The notes beneath the pieces are model-generated. The model was not told the origin of the DNA. It ran no database searches and saw nothing but the letters and a program-made list of their open reading frames with translations. DNA of 63,688 nt, from IMG/VR virus record IMGVR_UViG_3300036785_000484, positions 1 through 63,688 of that record, one strand, 5' to 3'. The DNA is from a virus. Its lineage: Duplodnaviria > Caudoviricetes. The position numbers and the translations under genes are program-made. This document shows positions 8,867-18,306 of this stretch, one piece after another (within the stretch, counting starts at the first letter, position 1; every line of letters starts with the position of its first letter).

Positions 8867-9076
8867 ATGGATGAACAGATGACCGCAATCGCCACGGCGA
8901 TGAAGCACCTTATAGACGCATGGGCGTGGACCCGCACTGCGGGCTCTCCCGATCTCGCGAAAGACCACCCGCTGAATGTCGCGCGCCGTTCGATAAGCGC
9001 GGCCCAAGACCAGTTGGAGATGGCCTGCGAATACCTCTTGGAAACTCGCGTCTCGGTCAAGACATCGGACCTGTAA
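8867..9076 (+). CDS. hypothetical protein
   Basis: RBS AAAGGA. Confidence 0.6.
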   Translation: MDEQMTAIATAMKHLIDAWAWTRTAGSPDLAKDHPLNVARRSISAAQDQLEMACEYLLETRVSVKTSDL

Positions 9077-9132
9077 GGGGTATCACATGAGCCGTCTGGC
9101 TAGCCCAAGCGGCCCGGCGACTACATGATCTT

Positions 9133-9186
9133 GGAGTTACAGCAAATCCGCTAGTTGGAGGCGGGTTCGGGTCCCGCCGACTCCAC
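9133..9186 (+). ncRNA. tRNA-like element or structured hairpin (acceptor stem + T-arm, no D-arm)
   Basis: GGAGTT pairs with GACTCC-A; GCGGG-TTCGGGT-CCCGC resembles a T-arm but lacks A58. Confidence 0.35.
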
Positions 9187-9265
9187 TTAACGTAAGGATG
9201 CGTTATCGGCGGGACACACCGCCGTAGTCTGACGCCAAGTCCGATGACGGGGCGATACTCAGGCC

Positions 9266-9802
9266 ATGCCCCGAAAGACCCCGGAGAACCGACGGGCTGA
9301 TGGTGAGCTGGACCGGCGGAAGGTTCGGCTGACTCAGGAGCAGCGGGCGGAGCGGAACCAGCTCATCCTGCAGTTCTTTTTGGCGGGCCGATCCGAGGTG
9401 TGGATCGGGAAACACCCGAAGGTTCTGCTGACCTCCCCTACCGTGCACAACATCATCGCCGACCAGCTGAAACTCGCCGCGAAACGGCAGGGGCTGCTGT
9501 CCGATCAGGCGATGACGGTGTACGTGGAGCGGCTGGAACTGCTCTGGGGCCGGGTCTCGCCGCGGATCATGGACCCCGACCCGGAGCAGGCCGCGACCCA
9601 GCTGAAGGCCATCGAGGTCGGACGCCGGTTGATGGAGCAGTTCGCCCGGCTCTACGACCTGAACGAGGAGCGCACCCCGGTCATCATGCCGCCGATGGCC
9701 GACGAGGAGCTGGACGTGGACGAGGACAGCCCGGCGTTCCAGCAGCTCGATGACCTGACGAAGTACCGGCTGAAGCAGCACCGCAAGGAGCAGGGCCGGT
9801 GA
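9266..9802 (+). CDS. probable terminase small subunit (HTH-containing)
   Basis: Position upstream of TerL; helical N-terminal HTH-like region; leaderless start 6 nt after GATACT. Confidence 0.6.
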   Translation: MPRKTPENRRADGELDRRKVRLTQEQRAERNQLILQFFLAGRSEVWIGKHPKVLLTSPTVHNIIADQLKLAAKRQGLLSDQAMTVYVERLELLWGRVSPRIMDPDPEQAATQLKAIEVGRRLMEQFARLYDLNEERTPVIMPPMADEELDVDEDSPAFQQLDDLTKYRLKQHRKEQGR

Positions 9803-9999
9803 AACGGCTGATCCTCGACGCTGTCGATGTCTTGTTCTGGGTCGCGATGTCACCGATCATTGCAGCCATGCGCCGCGCGGTCCGGGACGAGCTCAGCCAC
9901 GGGGAGATCACTGTCGACCTGGCCGAGATGGAGGCCGAGATCGAAGTCTGGGAGCCCCAGACTGGGTGGCGCGCCCGGTGGAACCTGCTGACGCCGTGA
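9799..9999 (+). CDS. hypothetical protein
   Basis: GTGA coupling on both sides. Confidence 0.6.
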   Translation: MKRLILDAVDVLFWVAMSPIIAAMRRAVRDELSHGEITVDLAEMEAEIEVWEPQTGWRARWNLLTP

Positions 10000-11636
10000 C
10001 CGCCTTCGCCGAGCCGGTCCGTGTGACCGGGAGCATGACCCCCCGGCTGTTCACCCCGCCGCTGATCGAGAACTGCGACGCCCAGCCCGGTGAGGAGCAG
10101 TGCCCATGCGGCTGCGGGCTGAACGACCGCACCTCGTGGGGCGGCGCGTGCATCGGCTTCCTCACCATGGTCTGCCGGTGGTCCCTGCTGCCCTGGCAGG
10201 TGTGGCTGTACTGGCACGCGCTGGAGAAGAAACTCGACCACACTGGATTCCGGTTCCAGTTCCTGGTGATCCTCGTCGCCCGGCAGAACGGCAAGACGAA
10301 ATGGGGCCGGGGCCTGGGGCTGTGGCGGCTGTTCTACTCCAAGAGCGGCCGGGTCAACGGGAAGCATCCAGGTGCCAAGCTGGCTGTGATCGCCGCCCAG
10401 ACCCTCGACTACGCCGAGACGACGCTGAAGGAGGTTGTGGACGAGATCCGCGACACGAATGCGCTGGCCCCGGAGTTGGTGAACCACAAGGAAACCAACG
10501 GTAAACACCGGGCCATCCTCACCAACCGGCGGTACTGGCGGGCGGCGACCGCGAACACGAAGGGCGCCCGGTCGCTGTCCGTGGATCTCGTTTGGCTGGA
10601 CGAGCTGAGAACGCACTCCACCTGGGACGCCTGGGACGCGATCACCCCGACCGGCACCGTCCGCCCCTGCTCGCAGGTGCTCTGCACCACCAACGCCGGG
10701 GACGCCCGCGCGGTGGTTTTGCTCTCCCAGCAGGCGGCGGCGCGGAGACGGATCACCAACAAAGACACCCGGAGCACGAAGACCGGCTACTTCGAATGGT
10801 CCGCCCCACCCGAGTCCGACCCGAGGGACCCGACCTACTGGCCGATGGCGAACCCCGCCGTGGGCCTGCTGAACGAGTTCACCATCGAGGATCTGCACGG
10901 CCGCCTGGAAACCATGCAATACAAGAACATGCCCGGGTGGCAAACCGAGTACCTGTGTCAAACGGTGGACGCGCTGGACCCGGGCGTGATCCCCGCCGAG
11001 TTCTGGCAGGACGGTATGGATGCAACCAGTGGGAGGGCAGAGACATCGCCTGTGTACGCGGCGCTCGACGTGAACTACCAGCGCACCACCAGCTACGTCG
11101 CTATCGCGGCGCGGCGCGGCGACGGGAACCTGCACATCGAGATCGCCGTGGCGGCCCGGGGGACGGACTGGGTGGTCGACTACCTCGCCGAGCGCAAAGA
11201 CCGGTTCGAGGGCGTGGCGGTGCAGAAGACGGGTGCCCCCGCGAGCGGGATGATCCCTGACCTGAAACGGGCCGGGGTCAAGGTGGTGGAGTGGGGACCG
11301 GGGCTGGAACTGCAGGCCGGGTGCGCGCTGTTCTTCGACGGGGTCTGCGATCACACCATCTTCCACCGCCGCTCCGCCGTGCTGGATAAGGCCGCCGCGA
11401 GCGGGGTGGCCCGGCGAGCCGGTGACGCGTGGATCTTCGACCGGCGGAACTCCCCGGTGGACGTGGCCCCCATCGTCGCCTGCACCGCCGCCGTCTGGCT
11501 GGAAGGGCGTCCGCCCCCGGCGAAGTCGAAGGTCTACGAATGGCCCGACGAGGACCTGATCACAGCGTGGGAGGCCGAAGCCGTCGAGGAGGCCAGGGCC
11601 GCAGAGGTGTTCGACCTTGACCAGTTACGGAGGTAA
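9996..11636 (+). CDS. terL: terminase large subunit
   Basis: LLPWQ, Walker A ARQNGKT, Walker B LVWLDE, TTNAGD, C-terminal nuclease ALDV. Confidence 0.95.
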   Translation: MTAFAEPVRVTGSMTPRLFTPPLIENCDAQPGEEQCPCGCGLNDRTSWGGACIGFLTMVCRWSLLPWQVWLYWHALEKKLDHTGFRFQFLVILVARQNGKTKWGRGLGLWRLFYSKSGRVNGKHPGAKLAVIAAQTLDYAETTLKEVVDEIRDTNALAPELVNHKETNGKHRAILTNRRYWRAATANTKGARSLSVDLVWLDELRTHSTWDAWDAITPTGTVRPCSQVLCTTNAGDARAVVLLSQQAAARRRITNKDTRSTKTGYFEWSAPPESDPRDPTYWPMANPAVGLLNEFTIEDLHGRLETMQYKNMPGWQTEYLCQTVDALDPGVIPAEFWQDGMDATSGRAETSPVYAALDVNYQRTTSYVAIAARRGDGNLHIEIAVAARGTDWVVDYLAERKDRFEGVAVQKTGAPASGMIPDLKRAGVKVVEWGPGLELQAGCALFFDGVCDHTIFHRRSAVLDKAAASGVARRAGDAWIFDRRNSPVDVAPIVACTAAVWLEGRPPPAKSKVYEWPDEDLITAWEAEAVEEARAAEVFDLDQLRR

Positions 11637-11639
11637 CCC

Positions 11640-12035
11640 GTGAGCGATTTCAACCCGTACGACGACGCTATCCCGGTCGGGGAGCGGCTGGGCTCCCAAC
11701 GGCTCTACGAGCCGGAGCCCGTGGTGGAACCCTCACCTGAACCGGGTGAGGTGGTCCAGATCAGCAAACGGCTGCTCAGGCGTCGAGCGAACGCTTCTGA
11801 GCAGCCGTTGAAGCCTGTACAGCAACCATCCCAACCGACGGCTGGCAAACCACGGGTGGATCGTCGGGAGTGGTCGTCCACCGCCCTGGAAGTCGGCGGC
11901 CTGTCGTCCTTCTCGGCGGGTTTCTGGTTCATCCCGGGCTGGGTCGGGGTCATGCTCGGGCTGATCGTGAGCGGGCTGTGCCTGGTGCTCCTCGGCGTGG
12001 CGACCTCGAATCAGCTCGGCAGGCCGCGAGACTAG
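11640..12035 (+). CDS. membrane protein between terminase and portal
   Basis: Two C-terminal hydrophobic segments; RBS GGAGG. Confidence 0.75.
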   Translation: MSDFNPYDDAIPVGERLGSQRLYEPEPVVEPSPEPGEVVQISKRLLRRRANASEQPLKPVQQPSQPTAGKPRVDRREWSSTALEVGGLSSFSAGFWFIPGWVGVMLGLIVSGLCLVLLGVATSNQLGRPRD

Positions 12036-12040
12036 GCGAC

Positions 12041-13375
12041 GTGAGTGTCCTCGCCCGACTGAGGCAGCCCGGCGCTGTCGAGCAGCGCACCCTGACCACC
12101 AGCGCCTTCGTGCCGCCGCCCGCGGTGGGGGTGCTGGACGACTACGTCGGTGTGCATCAGGCGATGTCCGTGATGACGGTGATGGCCTGCGTGCGGCTGC
12201 TGTCCGACACCATCGCTTCGCTGCCGTGGAAGGTGTACCGCCGGGACGCGAAGAACGTCCCCATCGAGGTCACCCCGCAACCGGCGCTGATCCGTACACC
12301 GTTCCCCGGGATGGACCTGTTCCAGTACAAGCAGCTGATGGTGATCAGCCTGGCGCTGCGCGGCAACTTCTACGGCCTGATCACCGCCCGGGACAACCGG
12401 GACAACCCGACCGCCGTGCTGCCGCTGCACCCCGACGTGGTGTTCCTGGAACGACGGCCCGATATCCTGCGCTGGTTCGATCCGGTCTACCGGGTGATGG
12501 GGGAGAAGCAGTCCACTCACGACATGCTGCATGTCCGGCGGTTCACGATGCCCGGCGAGCCGTGGGGACTGTCCCCGGTTAGGCAGGCGGCGGTGGCGAT
12601 CGGGATGAACCTCGCCGCCGAGGAGTACGGCTACCGCTACTTCAAGGAGTCCGCCACGCCAAGCGGTCTGCTCTGCTCCGATCAGGATCTGGACGACACG
12701 GCGGTGCTGCAGGCTCAGCAGCAGTGGATCAAGTCCCACCAGGGCCGGAAGCTGCCCGCTGTGCTCGCGAACGGGTTCAAGTTCCAGGGCCTCTCGATCA
12801 ACCCGGAGGAGTCCCAGTTCCTGGCGACGCGGCAGTTCCAGCGGTCCGAGATCTGCATCATGTACGGGGTCCCGCCGATCCTGATCGGCGACACGAAGGA
12901 GACCACGGCGTGGGGCACCGGGGTCGAGCAGATCAACCTGGCGGCGGTCGCGTACACGTTCCGGGCCTGGACGACCTGCATCGAATCCGTGTTCTCCGAC
13001 ATGCTGCCCGGCGGTCAGTTCGTCCGGTTCGACTTCAACTCCCTGCTGAGGGGCGACATCAAGACCCGCTTCGAGGCGTACGACAAGGCGCTGAAAGCGT
13101 TCTGGATCACCCCGAACGAGGTCAGGTCCTTCGAGGAGATGGAACCGCTGGAGAACGGCGATGAGCCTTTGCAGCCCGCGAACTACGTGCCGCTCGGCTT
13201 CGAGCCGATGGCCGGTGGGGTGCTGACGAAGCCGCTCACCGTGTCCGCCCCGGTCGGCAAGCCGGGCACGGCTCCCCAGCAGCCGCTGCCCGGCAAGCCC
13301 CTGGTTGGTGGGGAGTTCGGGAACGGTCAGCCGGTTGGCGCGCCTGCTGCCGCAAACGGTAAGGCGCGAGGATAA
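12041..13375 (+). CDS. HK97-family portal protein
   Basis: ACVRLLSDTIASLP, LRGNFY, GLSPV, SQFLATRQF...EICIMYGVPP, LLRGD, TPNEVR. Confidence 0.95.
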   Translation: MSVLARLRQPGAVEQRTLTTSAFVPPPAVGVLDDYVGVHQAMSVMTVMACVRLLSDTIASLPWKVYRRDAKNVPIEVTPQPALIRTPFPGMDLFQYKQLMVISLALRGNFYGLITARDNRDNPTAVLPLHPDVVFLERRPDILRWFDPVYRVMGEKQSTHDMLHVRRFTMPGEPWGLSPVRQAAVAIGMNLAAEEYGYRYFKESATPSGLLCSDQDLDDTAVLQAQQQWIKSHQGRKLPAVLANGFKFQGLSINPEESQFLATRQFQRSEICIMYGVPPILIGDTKETTAWGTGVEQINLAAVAYTFRAWTTCIESVFSDMLPGGQFVRFDFNSLLRGDIKTRFEAYDKALKAFWITPNEVRSFEEMEPLENGDEPLQPANYVPLGFEPMAGGVLTKPLTVSAPVGKPGTAPQQPLPGKPLVGGEFGNGQPVGAPAAANGKARG

Positions 13376-13395
13376 TCCCCGCCCAGGAGGTAGAG

Positions 13396-15018
13396 ATGAC
13401 TGAGCACGCCAATAGGGCACGCATCCTCGATGTCCGCGAGGAGCGGAAAGCCGCCAGCCGCTTCGAGTTCCGTGAGGACTCTGCCGGTGACTTCGTGCTG
13501 GAAGGCTACGCGGCCACGTTCACCCCCTACGACGTGTACGGGGGACCGGACCGGGGTGGCTGGGTGGAAACCCTGGCCCTGACCGCGTTCGACGTGACCC
13601 TCGGCGAGCGCCCCGATGTGCAGCTGCTAGTCAACCATGAGGGCCTCCCGTTGGCCCGGACCATCGCCGGGACGATGGACCTGTCCCGGGACTCGCACGG
13701 CCTGAAGGTGCTGGCCCGGCTGGACCGATCCGACCCGGATGTCCAGTCGCTGGCCCCGAAGCTGAAGCCGCAGCGCAACGGCCGGTCCAACATGGACGAG
13801 ATGAGTTTCGCGTTCCGGGTGAAGGACCAGCTCTGGGACGACAACTACACCAACCGGACGATCACCGAGGTGTCCCTGCACAAGGGCGATGTGTCCGTCG
13901 TGAATTACGGCATGAATCCGGGTACGAGGGCCGCGCTGCAGCAGGGGGTGGACGCGCTCGCGTCGCTGTCGCACAAGGAGCTGGTCGAGCTGCGCCGACT
14001 GGACCCCGATCTGGTGCACCGCGCCGAGCTGGCTTTGGCGTCGCTCCCGGACCGTCGGGCCTGGCAGTCCAACGAGGTGCACGACCTCACCAAAGGGCGC
14101 TGCGCGCGCTGCGAGGAGGCGCGCGCGAAGACACCCAAGGCGTACTCGGGTGTCTCCAACTTCGCAGACCCCGGCTATCTGGACTCCTCCGGGAACCCGG
14201 CCAAGGGCGGCAACGGGGTGAAGCGGTACCCCATCGACGCCGCGCACGTGAAGGCCGCGTGGTCCTACATCAACATGCCCAAGAACCAGAAGGGCTACAC
14301 CGCCGGTCAGCTGGCGTCGATCAAGAGCAAGATCCGGGCGGCGATGAAGGAAGCAGGGCACGACGTGAGCGATGACAGCAAAGGGGCCGCGAGCCTACGG
14401 CCCGTGTCGCAGTCCGGGCCGAGCGGTGTCTCCCACTACGACATGGTGCGGAACACGGACGGGGGCACCACAATGATCGCGGTGCTCTACGACGGCTCCC
14501 GTACCCCGCTGCCGTCGGCACCCGCGTCCCCGATGACGCAGGGTTCCCGACCGGCACCTGGGGACGCCCGGCTCGGCGGGATGTTCCCGTACGTCTGGCC
14601 CGGCCCCGGGGTGCGGGTCTCCGACCAGCGTGACGACGCTGAGGCGTGCGACGACCCGGACTGCGACAACCCGGACCACAACCACGAGGGCCGGGCGTTC
14701 GGCGGCAAGAAGGCCCCGCCGTTCAAGAAGGGCGGCGGGAAGGCCGACGACGGTGACGACGAGGACGACAACGAGCAGGGCCGTGGCTTCGTGGACGCCC
14801 AGGACGCGATGGCCGACTACGACGGCCAGGACGCCGAGGGTGCGCTCGATGACCAGCAAGACGATGACGAGGACGAGCACGAGGAAAGCGTCGGCAACGA
14901 GCTGCTCGGCCAGGGTCCGATCAACGTGACCCGGATGCTGAACGAGTTCCGCAAGTCGAACGAGATCCCGGACATCAGGAGCGTCAGCGAAGGTCTCGCC
15001 TACCTGAAACGCGCGTAA
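13396..15018 (+). CDS. HK97-family prohead protease with long C-terminal extension (DUF6582-like domain + acidic region)
   Basis: LEGYAATF, LVNH, MSFAF, DVSVV; then RYPIDAAHVKAAWSYINMPKN; RBS AGGAGG. Confidence 0.9.
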   Translation: MTEHANRARILDVREERKAASRFEFREDSAGDFVLEGYAATFTPYDVYGGPDRGGWVETLALTAFDVTLGERPDVQLLVNHEGLPLARTIAGTMDLSRDSHGLKVLARLDRSDPDVQSLAPKLKPQRNGRSNMDEMSFAFRVKDQLWDDNYTNRTITEVSLHKGDVSVVNYGMNPGTRAALQQGVDALASLSHKELVELRRLDPDLVHRAELALASLPDRRAWQSNEVHDLTKGRCARCEEARAKTPKAYSGVSNFADPGYLDSSGNPAKGGNGVKRYPIDAAHVKAAWSYINMPKNQKGYTAGQLASIKSKIRAAMKEAGHDVSDDSKGAASLRPVSQSGPSGVSHYDMVRNTDGGTTMIAVLYDGSRTPLPSAPASPMTQGSRPAPGDARLGGMFPYVWPGPGVRVSDQRDDAEACDDPDCDNPDHNHEGRAFGGKKAPPFKKGGGKADDGDDEDDNEQGRGFVDAQDAMADYDGQDAEGALDDQQDDDEDEHEESVGNELLGQGPINVTRMLNEFRKSNEIPDIRSVSEGLAYLKRA

Positions 15019-15046
15019 GTAACCAGGATCACAGCCCTGACCTGCG

Positions 15047-15084
15047 GCTAGCAATGGTTAATTGCTAGCGCGCTGCTATATAGT
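15047..15084 (+). promoter_or_regulatory. Palindromic operator GCTAGCAAT-N5-ATTGCTAGC next to -10 TATAGT (leaderless promoter)
   Basis: Perfect 9-bp inverted repeat at 15047-15069; TATAGT at 15079-15084 lies 6 nt before ATG 15091. Confidence 0.7.
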
Positions 15085-15090
15085 GGGGTT

Positions 15091-15387
15091 ATGAGCAAAA
15101 CACAGACCAAGACCATCATCAGGAACTACGAGCTGCTCCGTTGCAGCGGTCGGATCGGGGCTCTCGGTGGCGAGACGTCTCATCCCGAGATCATCGAGCG
15201 CGACATGATCGAGGTCGACACCGCCGACACCGATGCCAACCGGATCGAAGCCATCAACAACGTCATCGGCGGCATCCAGTGGTACCTGGACGAGGAGTCC
15301 GGTGACTGGGGCGCGGGCGAGACCCCGAGAATCGTGAAGGCCCGCCAGGAGCTGGCCGAGATCCGCAAGTCGGTGTTCGGGCGCTAA
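15091..15387 (+). CDS. hypothetical protein (moron-like)
   Basis: Has its own promoter; converges on the glycosyltransferase gene. Confidence 0.7.
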   Translation: MSKTQTKTIIRNYELLRCSGRIGALGGETSHPEIIERDMIEVDTADTDANRIEAINNVIGGIQWYLDEESGDWGAGETPRIVKARQELAEIRKSVFGR

Positions 15388-16364
15388 GCCCCCCGACGCG
15401 CGCACTTCTCCCGGACCCGCTGCGCGTTCAACTCCCGCCACTGCGGGAGCAGCTCCTCGATCCGGGCTTTGACACCCAGGAACAGCTCCTTGTCCTTCAC
15501 CACCATCCGGTTCCGGATCGCGCCGGGCCCCATCGTGTGGTACACGCGCGGGGTGCCCATCCCGTTGGACCGTTTCTGCTTGATGGTGATATTCGCCGCC
15601 TCCGGGAAGATCCGCTGCAGGGAGACCGCCCGGGTGTGGTCGTAGTAGGAGCGCATCGCCGACTTCGAGCTGGGCTCCTTCTTGTACCGGAGCAGGGGCA
15701 GCACGATGGCGGTGGAACTCCCGGCGTCCGCCCGGGTGCCGTACTGGAACGCGTGCGTGATGTCGTCCTCGTAGGGTCCGTACCAGTCCTCGCGGCCCGC
15801 CCCGACCTTCTCGATGAAGCAGGAGTAGGGGAACCCGGCCCGGGCGAGTTGCAGCTTCACGTACGGGATGGAGGACAGTTGCGCCCCGACCATCCGGCCG
15901 TTCGTGGCGAGTGTGACCGCGATCAGCAGGTCCACGAACAGCGCCAGCCCGCCGTTGCGGGCCACCACTTCCCGGCCCGCCCACCCGTCGCGGGGGAACA
16001 CGGCCCGGATGATGTTGTCATCGAGCTGCAAAACACCCCAGCAGCCGCGCCGCTCCGCTTCCCGGCAGGCCCACTCCCGGCCCGGGAACGCGCCGAGGAA
16101 CCCCGGGTTCGGTTCGGCGGCGAGCATCCAATGCTGCCGGGCGTAGTCGAGCGACCAGTCTTTCGTATAGACCGCGAGCCCGTGATCGTCGTGTTCGTAG
16201 TCGGGGGCGTCCCGCTCGGAGATCACCCACACAATGTCGTGCACACCGAATCCGTGCAGGTCGCTCAGGAACTGAGCGGTGGGGCGCTCATCCAGCTTGG
16301 GCCGCATCCCGGAGATCACCGCGACGAGCAGCCCGGAACGCTGGTCAGACCTTGTAACGAACAT
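15384..16364 (-). CDS. GT-A glycosyltransferase, TET-associated/GREB1-like type (putative DNA-base modification)
   Basis: VISGMRP, VWVISERDAPDY, REWAC, QLDDNI, PYSCF, YEDD, SAMRSYY; overlaps the upstream ParB gene. Confidence 0.65.
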   Translation of the reverse strand: MFVTRSDQRSGLLVAVISGMRPKLDERPTAQFLSDLHGFGVHDIVWVISERDAPDYEHDDHGLAVYTKDWSLDYARQHWMLAAEPNPGFLGAFPGREWACREAERRGCWGVLQLDDNIIRAVFPRDGWAGREVVARNGGLALFVDLLIAVTLATNGRMVGAQLSSIPYVKLQLARAGFPYSCFIEKVGAGREDWYGPYEDDITHAFQYGTRADAGSSTAIVLPLLRYKKEPSSKSAMRSYYDHTRAVSLQRIFPEAANITIKQKRSNGMGTPRVYHTMGPGAIRNRMVVKDKELFLGVKARIEELLPQWRELNAQRVREKCARRGA

Positions 16365-16908
16365 CGAGCACCCCATCCAGGTCCACCAGATAGCCCTGGG
16401 CCGCTTCGGCGCTCTCCTTGTCCACGAACACCACGTTCACGGTGAACCCGCCCTCGGCGTCGGCCTGAATATCGGGGGTCACGTCGATCCCGTACTCGTC
16501 CTCGAACTGGTCGATGATGCTCTGCCAGTCCTCCAGCGCGAGCACGTCGGCGAACTCCGGGCCGAGCGCTTCCAGCTCGGAGATCAGCTCCGGATAGTCC
16601 CAGGTGGTGAAGTCGTGGGTGCGGTTGTCCGCGATCCGGAACGCCCGGATCTCCGCGGCGCTCAGCCGGTCCGCGACGATCACCGGCACCATGTCGAGGC
16701 CCAGCCGCTGCGCCGCGAGCAGCCGGGTGTGACCGGCCACGATGACGATGCCCTTATCCACGATGATCGGCTGCTGCCAACCGAACTTGTGCAACGATTC
16801 CGCGACGATCTCGATGGCCCGGTCCGGGATCTTGCGCGGATTCTTCTCGTACGGGTGGATATCGGTCACCTTCATCACGGTGGCCTGGCCCAGATCAGCA
16901 ACCTTCAT
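16345..16908 (-). CDS. ParB/sulfiredoxin N-terminal-domain protein
   Basis: PYEKNPR, SLHKFGWQQPIIVD, IVAGHTRLLAA, AFRIADNR; RBS GGAGG. Confidence 0.9.
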   Translation of the reverse strand: MKVADLGQATVMKVTDIHPYEKNPRKIPDRAIEIVAESLHKFGWQQPIIVDKGIVIVAGHTRLLAAQRLGLDMVPVIVADRLSAAEIRAFRIADNRTHDFTTWDYPELISELEALGPEFADVLALEDWQSIIDQFEDEYGIDVTPDIQADAEGGFTVNVVFVDKESAEAAQGYLVDLDGVLDVRYKV

Positions 16909-16950
16909 GACCTCCGAGACTAATGCCTAGCGCTGTGTCACGATGGAGCC

Positions 16951-17091
16951 ATGCCGACCGAACACGCACAACCCACCAACCCGAAGCCGACCCGGAGCGA
17001 TCCGGCCCCCACGGAGCGCCGGGACATTCCGAAACCGGAGCGGCGCGACCTGCCCCGCCCCGAGCACCGGGATATCCGACCAGGCCGATGA
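16951..17091 (+). CDS. small Pro-rich hypothetical protein (46 aa)
   Basis: ATG 6 nt after CACGAT; repeated ExRD(I/L)P; ATGA overlap with the next gene. Confidence 0.45.
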   Translation: MPTEHAQPTNPKPTRSDPAPTERRDIPKPERRDLPRPEHRDIRPGR

Positions 17092-17372
17092 CCCGGTCCT
17101 TCGACTTACCGATCCCCGAGGACGGTCAGCCCATCACCATCGAGGTGCCCGAGGGCTACGAGGTCGAAGCCCAGATCCGTCGGCTCCAGGCTGGCGGGGA
17201 TATCGACCCGGGCAGGATCAGGCTGCCTGGCCGTGATCCCGGGATCGACGTGTTCCCTCCCCGGGACGGCTGGGGGGTATTCATTGACCCCGACACTGGG
17301 GAGAAACTGTACGGGCCGCTGCCTCCTCACCAGGCTGCTACTGGTGGACCGGTACCGGGGCCGTTCGTCTGA
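17088..17372 (+). CDS. hypothetical protein
   Basis: Coupled to both neighbours. Confidence 0.6.
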   Translation: MTRSFDLPIPEDGQPITIEVPEGYEVEAQIRRLQAGGDIDPGRIRLPGRDPGIDVFPPRDGWGVFIDPDTGEKLYGPLPPHQAATGGPVPGPFV

Positions 17373-17569
17373 TGGCCCAGTTCACCTGCGCGGCGTGTCA
17401 CGAGACGTTCGACGTGGACGAGGACTGGACCGAGGAGGACAAGATCGCCGAGTACGGGGAGACCTTTGGCGACCGGCCACTTGTCGATGTGGATGTGGTC
17501 TGCGATGACTGCTACCCGAAGATCCTCGGCTGGGCCCAGGACAAGGGGCTGATCGCCCCGGCGAATTGA
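17372..17569 (+). CDS. Zn-binding small protein
   Basis: CAAC...CDDC. Confidence 0.7.
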   Translation: MAQFTCAACHETFDVDEDWTEEDKIAEYGETFGDRPLVDVDVVCDDCYPKILGWAQDKGLIAPAN

Positions 17570-17685
17570 GCCCCACATCACATCCCCCACAACGGCTAAT
17601 TGGTAGCGCGCTAGACAATACTGGGGTAGATTCATCCTTGGAGCCAGGCACCAGGCCAGGCCAGAACCACCCAGGAGATTCGCAC

Positions 17686-18306
17686 ATGATCACCGTCAAG
17701 GTTTACCTCAACGAGAACAGCGGCTTCCGCGCTTTCAACCCGTTCCGCGCCGAGCTTCGGCTGGCCGTCGAGTTCCAGCTAGATGACACCGCCCCCGAGT
17801 TCGTCTTCGATGACGACCCCACCCTCACCAACGAGGAGGCCGACATCGCCTACCGCGCCGCCCGCGACGAGCACGCCACCTGGGTGATGCCGTTCCTGAA
17901 CCGGATCTACGAGCAGCTGAACGTCGGCGGCGACATGTTCCCCGCCGAGCCCTACACGGTCGAGTACCGGATGGCCGGTAACCGCTCACTCTCGGTCGGC
18001 GACCTGGTCGTCCTCGAATGGGACCGGGAGTTGATCAACGTGACCCGCGAAGGTCAGCCGGTCACCCTGCACGAGACCGAGGCGTACTCGGTCGAGTCGG
18101 TGGGCTTCCACCGCCGCCCGGCCCTGGCCGCCCGCAGAGGCGTCGAGAACTTCGCCAAGAACGAGGGCAGCCCGGACCACTTCATCCCGGTCCCGCGCAC
18201 CGACCTGGCCGTGAACGACGAGGGCCTGTTCGTCCTGAAGACCGACCGGCCCGCCGACAGCTACACCTTCGAGTTCGTTCAGGAGGATCTGCGCAACGGC
18301 CTGTGA
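17686..18306 (+). CDS. YodL-like domain protein
   Basis: RSLSVGDLVVL...AYSVESVGF motif; RBS AGGAG; own promoter at 17598-17632. Confidence 0.65.
   Translation: MITVKVYLNENSGFRAFNPFRAELRLAVEFQLDDTAPEFVFDDDPTLTNEEADIAYRAARDEHATWVMPFLNRIYEQLNVGGDMFPAEPYTVEYRMAGNRSLSVGDLVVLEWDRELINVTREGQPVTLHETEAYSVESVGFHRRPALAARRGVENFAKNEGSPDHFIPVPRTDLAVNDEGLFVLKTDRPADSYTFEFVQEDLRNGL

Noticed and set aside
8800-9190. Full tmRNA gene
   Set aside because: The 3' end is tmRNA-like, but no matching GGGGxxG...TTCGAC 5' end lies at a suitable distance, and the interval holds a plausible CDS
16345-16908. ParABS plasmid-prophage partition system
   Set aside because: No ParA or parS array; only the ParB N-terminal domain, coupled to a glycosyltransferase
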